A stretch of 64,000 nucleotides of DNA from Verrucomicrobiota bacterium. GTDB lineage: Bacteria; Verrucomicrobiota; Verrucomicrobiia; Limisphaerales; AAA164-E04. Positions 62,364 through 64,000 of this stretch are shown piece after piece (position 1 is the first letter of the stretch; each line of letters starts with the position of its first letter). The notes under the pieces were generated by a model. It was not told where the DNA came from, did no database searches, and worked only from the letters and a program-made list of their open reading frames with translations. The position numbers were made by a program, and so were the translations under genes. The DNA lies in assembly GCA_047947115.1 (NCBI GenBank), contig CP170459.1, positions 4,704,001 to 4,768,000 of the forward strand. The letters run 5' to 3'.

Positions 62364-63029
62364 TCATCCAATTTTCCGAATGGCGATGTTCGCCGCAGGA
62401 CCCAGTTCGGCTTTGACAAGTTTGCCTTGAAGAGAATTGCACCGAATGGTTTTGGGACCGTCACATACGATCTGTCCGGATCCATACATGCGAATCCGGT
62501 TGGCGTAAAGCGCATGGGTGGCTTTGGCGATGTTCAGAGTGGCTGTATCCTGAACGATGATGTCACCAAACAACGGCAGAAAGATGCTTGGTTTGACGAT
62601 TTGGATGAATCGATCCATCATCTCCAACGAAACGCCCGCAGTCAGTTGTCCCCCCATCACATATCCGGCGACCGCTCGATGAGCGATCCCCAGAGCACTG
62701 CCTTTGATGGACTCATCTTCGTGATCCAGATCATCCACCGAATGCACGCGAGTGGTTTTACCACCGCACCCGCAAGGAGATGTTCGGCCTTTCAATATGG
62801 CCTCAGGAAACCCAAGTGCCTGCCTAACATCCTGAATGGATGATGGTTGCACCCGCACGAAAGCCGATTCAAAACGGCTGGACGTGGGGCTTAAACTGAC
62901 CGCTTCCCCGGGTTCCACGACCAATTCCTGAGGGTGATCGACCTTGCATCGTTTAAGCAGGGCCTGTTGTTCCGAACGAAGGACCTCCCGAATACTCTCC
63001 GCCGTGTTAGTTTTATCTTTTTGTGTCAT
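62364..63029 (-). CDS. Hypothetical protein, first gene of the terpene-modification operon
   Basis: Strong SD AAGGAG before ATG 63029; CGCGG motif; beta-solenoid-like C-terminus. Confidence 0.78.
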   Translation of the reverse strand: MTQKDKTNTAESIREVLRSEQQALLKRCKVDHPQELVVEPGEAVSLSPTSSRFESAFVRVQPSSIQDVRQALGFPEAILKGRTSPCGCGGKTTRVHSVDDLDHEDESIKGSALGIAHRAVAGYVMGGQLTAGVSLEMMDRFIQIVKPSIFLPLFGDIIVQDTATLNIAKATHALYANRIRMYGSGQIVCDGPKTIRCNSLQGKLVKAELGPAANIAIRKIG

Positions 63030-63600
63030 TTGTTTTACTCCTTTTTTATGTGATGCCAATGCATGATATCCAAATACCTTATGCATTTGTCATCCAAATT
63101 CCGAATGATTTTACGCCATTGAAGGAAGCCTGTTAAAAGTCATTTATGGTTCATTTAAAGTGGAATGTTGGACCTTGATCGAATAGTCGCACACTGCATC
63201 AAATGAACACAATGATGCCATAAGTGATATTTTTGAATATTTTTCTCTCTCCTTGTGATTCTCATTTATACATATATAATTAGTTTTTGCAATACATTTT
63301 TTAGAATGATTATGCGCCATATCAATCAGCATGAATCAACAAGGCAAATACCCGCCCCTTGAATCCAGCCTTATCCACACAAGGATAGTTTCGAAGGCCA
63401 ACAGATCCGGACCCCATTTAGGATAATCCATGGAACAGAAGGAAAATGAATCTACAAGCAACCTTGCCGGCATTCTGGGGCGACCGCCTTCAAATCGGCG
63501 TCGAGTCGCACGTAGTCCGAAGACTACCAAAAACAAAAAACGTGAAGGCCGAAATAATCCGCACCTTCACGTCTTTGCTGATGGATGACTGGCTGATTGT

Positions 63601-64000
63601 TTACTTCATGGCAAGTGTTCGGGCTTCTTCGATTTCCTCCCAGCTTGGAGCCCGCCACAGTTTCAATCCGGCTTCAGTGGTGCAACCCAGCCATTGGCCG
63701 TCGGGTGAGAAGGCGGCGTAATGGAAGTCTGAATACTCTGTTCCGAGGGATAGGACGGGTTGGCCCGTTTCCACATCCCAGAGCTGCAAACCATGTCGAT
63801 TCATTCCCTCCGTGACAAATCGGCGACTGTCCGGAGAAAAGGCGAGCAATCCCCAGTTGCTTACCGCTGTACGGGATGTAAAGACCGATTTCTCCTCATA
63901 CGTCTTTGCATCATACACATAGACAGCCCCAGAAGTACGGCCAGCGTGGGATCTAATTGCCAGCAATTTTCCATCAGGAGAAAAACTGGCATGTGTTGCA
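63601..64000 (-). CDS. C-terminal part of a WD40-repeat protein (runs off right edge)
   Basis: FSPDG, AFSPDS, LQLWDVETG, LKLWRAPSWEEI ending, typical of kinase-WD40 proteins. Confidence 0.8.
   Translation of the reverse strand, partial: ATHASFSPDGKLLAIRSHAGRTSGAVYVYDAKTYEEKSVFTSRTAVSNWGLLAFSPDSRRFVTEGMNRHGLQLWDVETGQPVLSLGTEYSDFHYAAFSPDGQWLGCTTEAGLKLWRAPSWEEIEEARTLAMK

Overview
Gene-dense bacterial chromosome segment of roughly 50-55% GC (by eye). The content points to PVC superphylum, most likely Verrucomicrobiota (inference): Planctomycete-type cytochromes c, a PVC CxxCH dehydrogenase, an ECF sigma/Ser-Thr kinase-WD40 pair, sulfatases and GTAG-type REPs. From left to right: rnfB-like ferredoxin plus PFOR; a Cys-less GltD/NfnB-like flavoprotein; hydrolases; a hybrid sensor kinase; a DUF2490-SLC13-response regulator-cNMP kinase operon; argJBDF; DUF1573-rhodanese-MauE; cytochromes and sulfatases; a heme/globin/NirB-like/11-heme cytochrome cluster; a WXG100-FtsK (type VII-like) cassette; and a three-gene operon with an AT-rich upstream region. 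Best candidates for new biology: (1) a fused aromatic prenyltransferase-class II terpene cyclase encoded directly after a Gly-X-X protein whose only Trp sits in a Cys-bearing loop, suggesting polycyclic terpenoid modification of a folded protein; (2) an unannotated 19-aa Arg-rich leader peptide with alternative RNA pairings ahead of argJBDF, suggesting arginine-sensing attenuation; (3) a minimal type VII-like system in a diderm; (4) a possible transmembrane NADH-to-multiheme electron wire linked to a globin. Five genes carry single-base lesions (three homopolymer -1, two in-frame TGA), probably sequencing or assembly errors. No rRNA, tRNA, CRISPR or transposase was recognised. All calls are by-eye motif recognition; no database searches were run.
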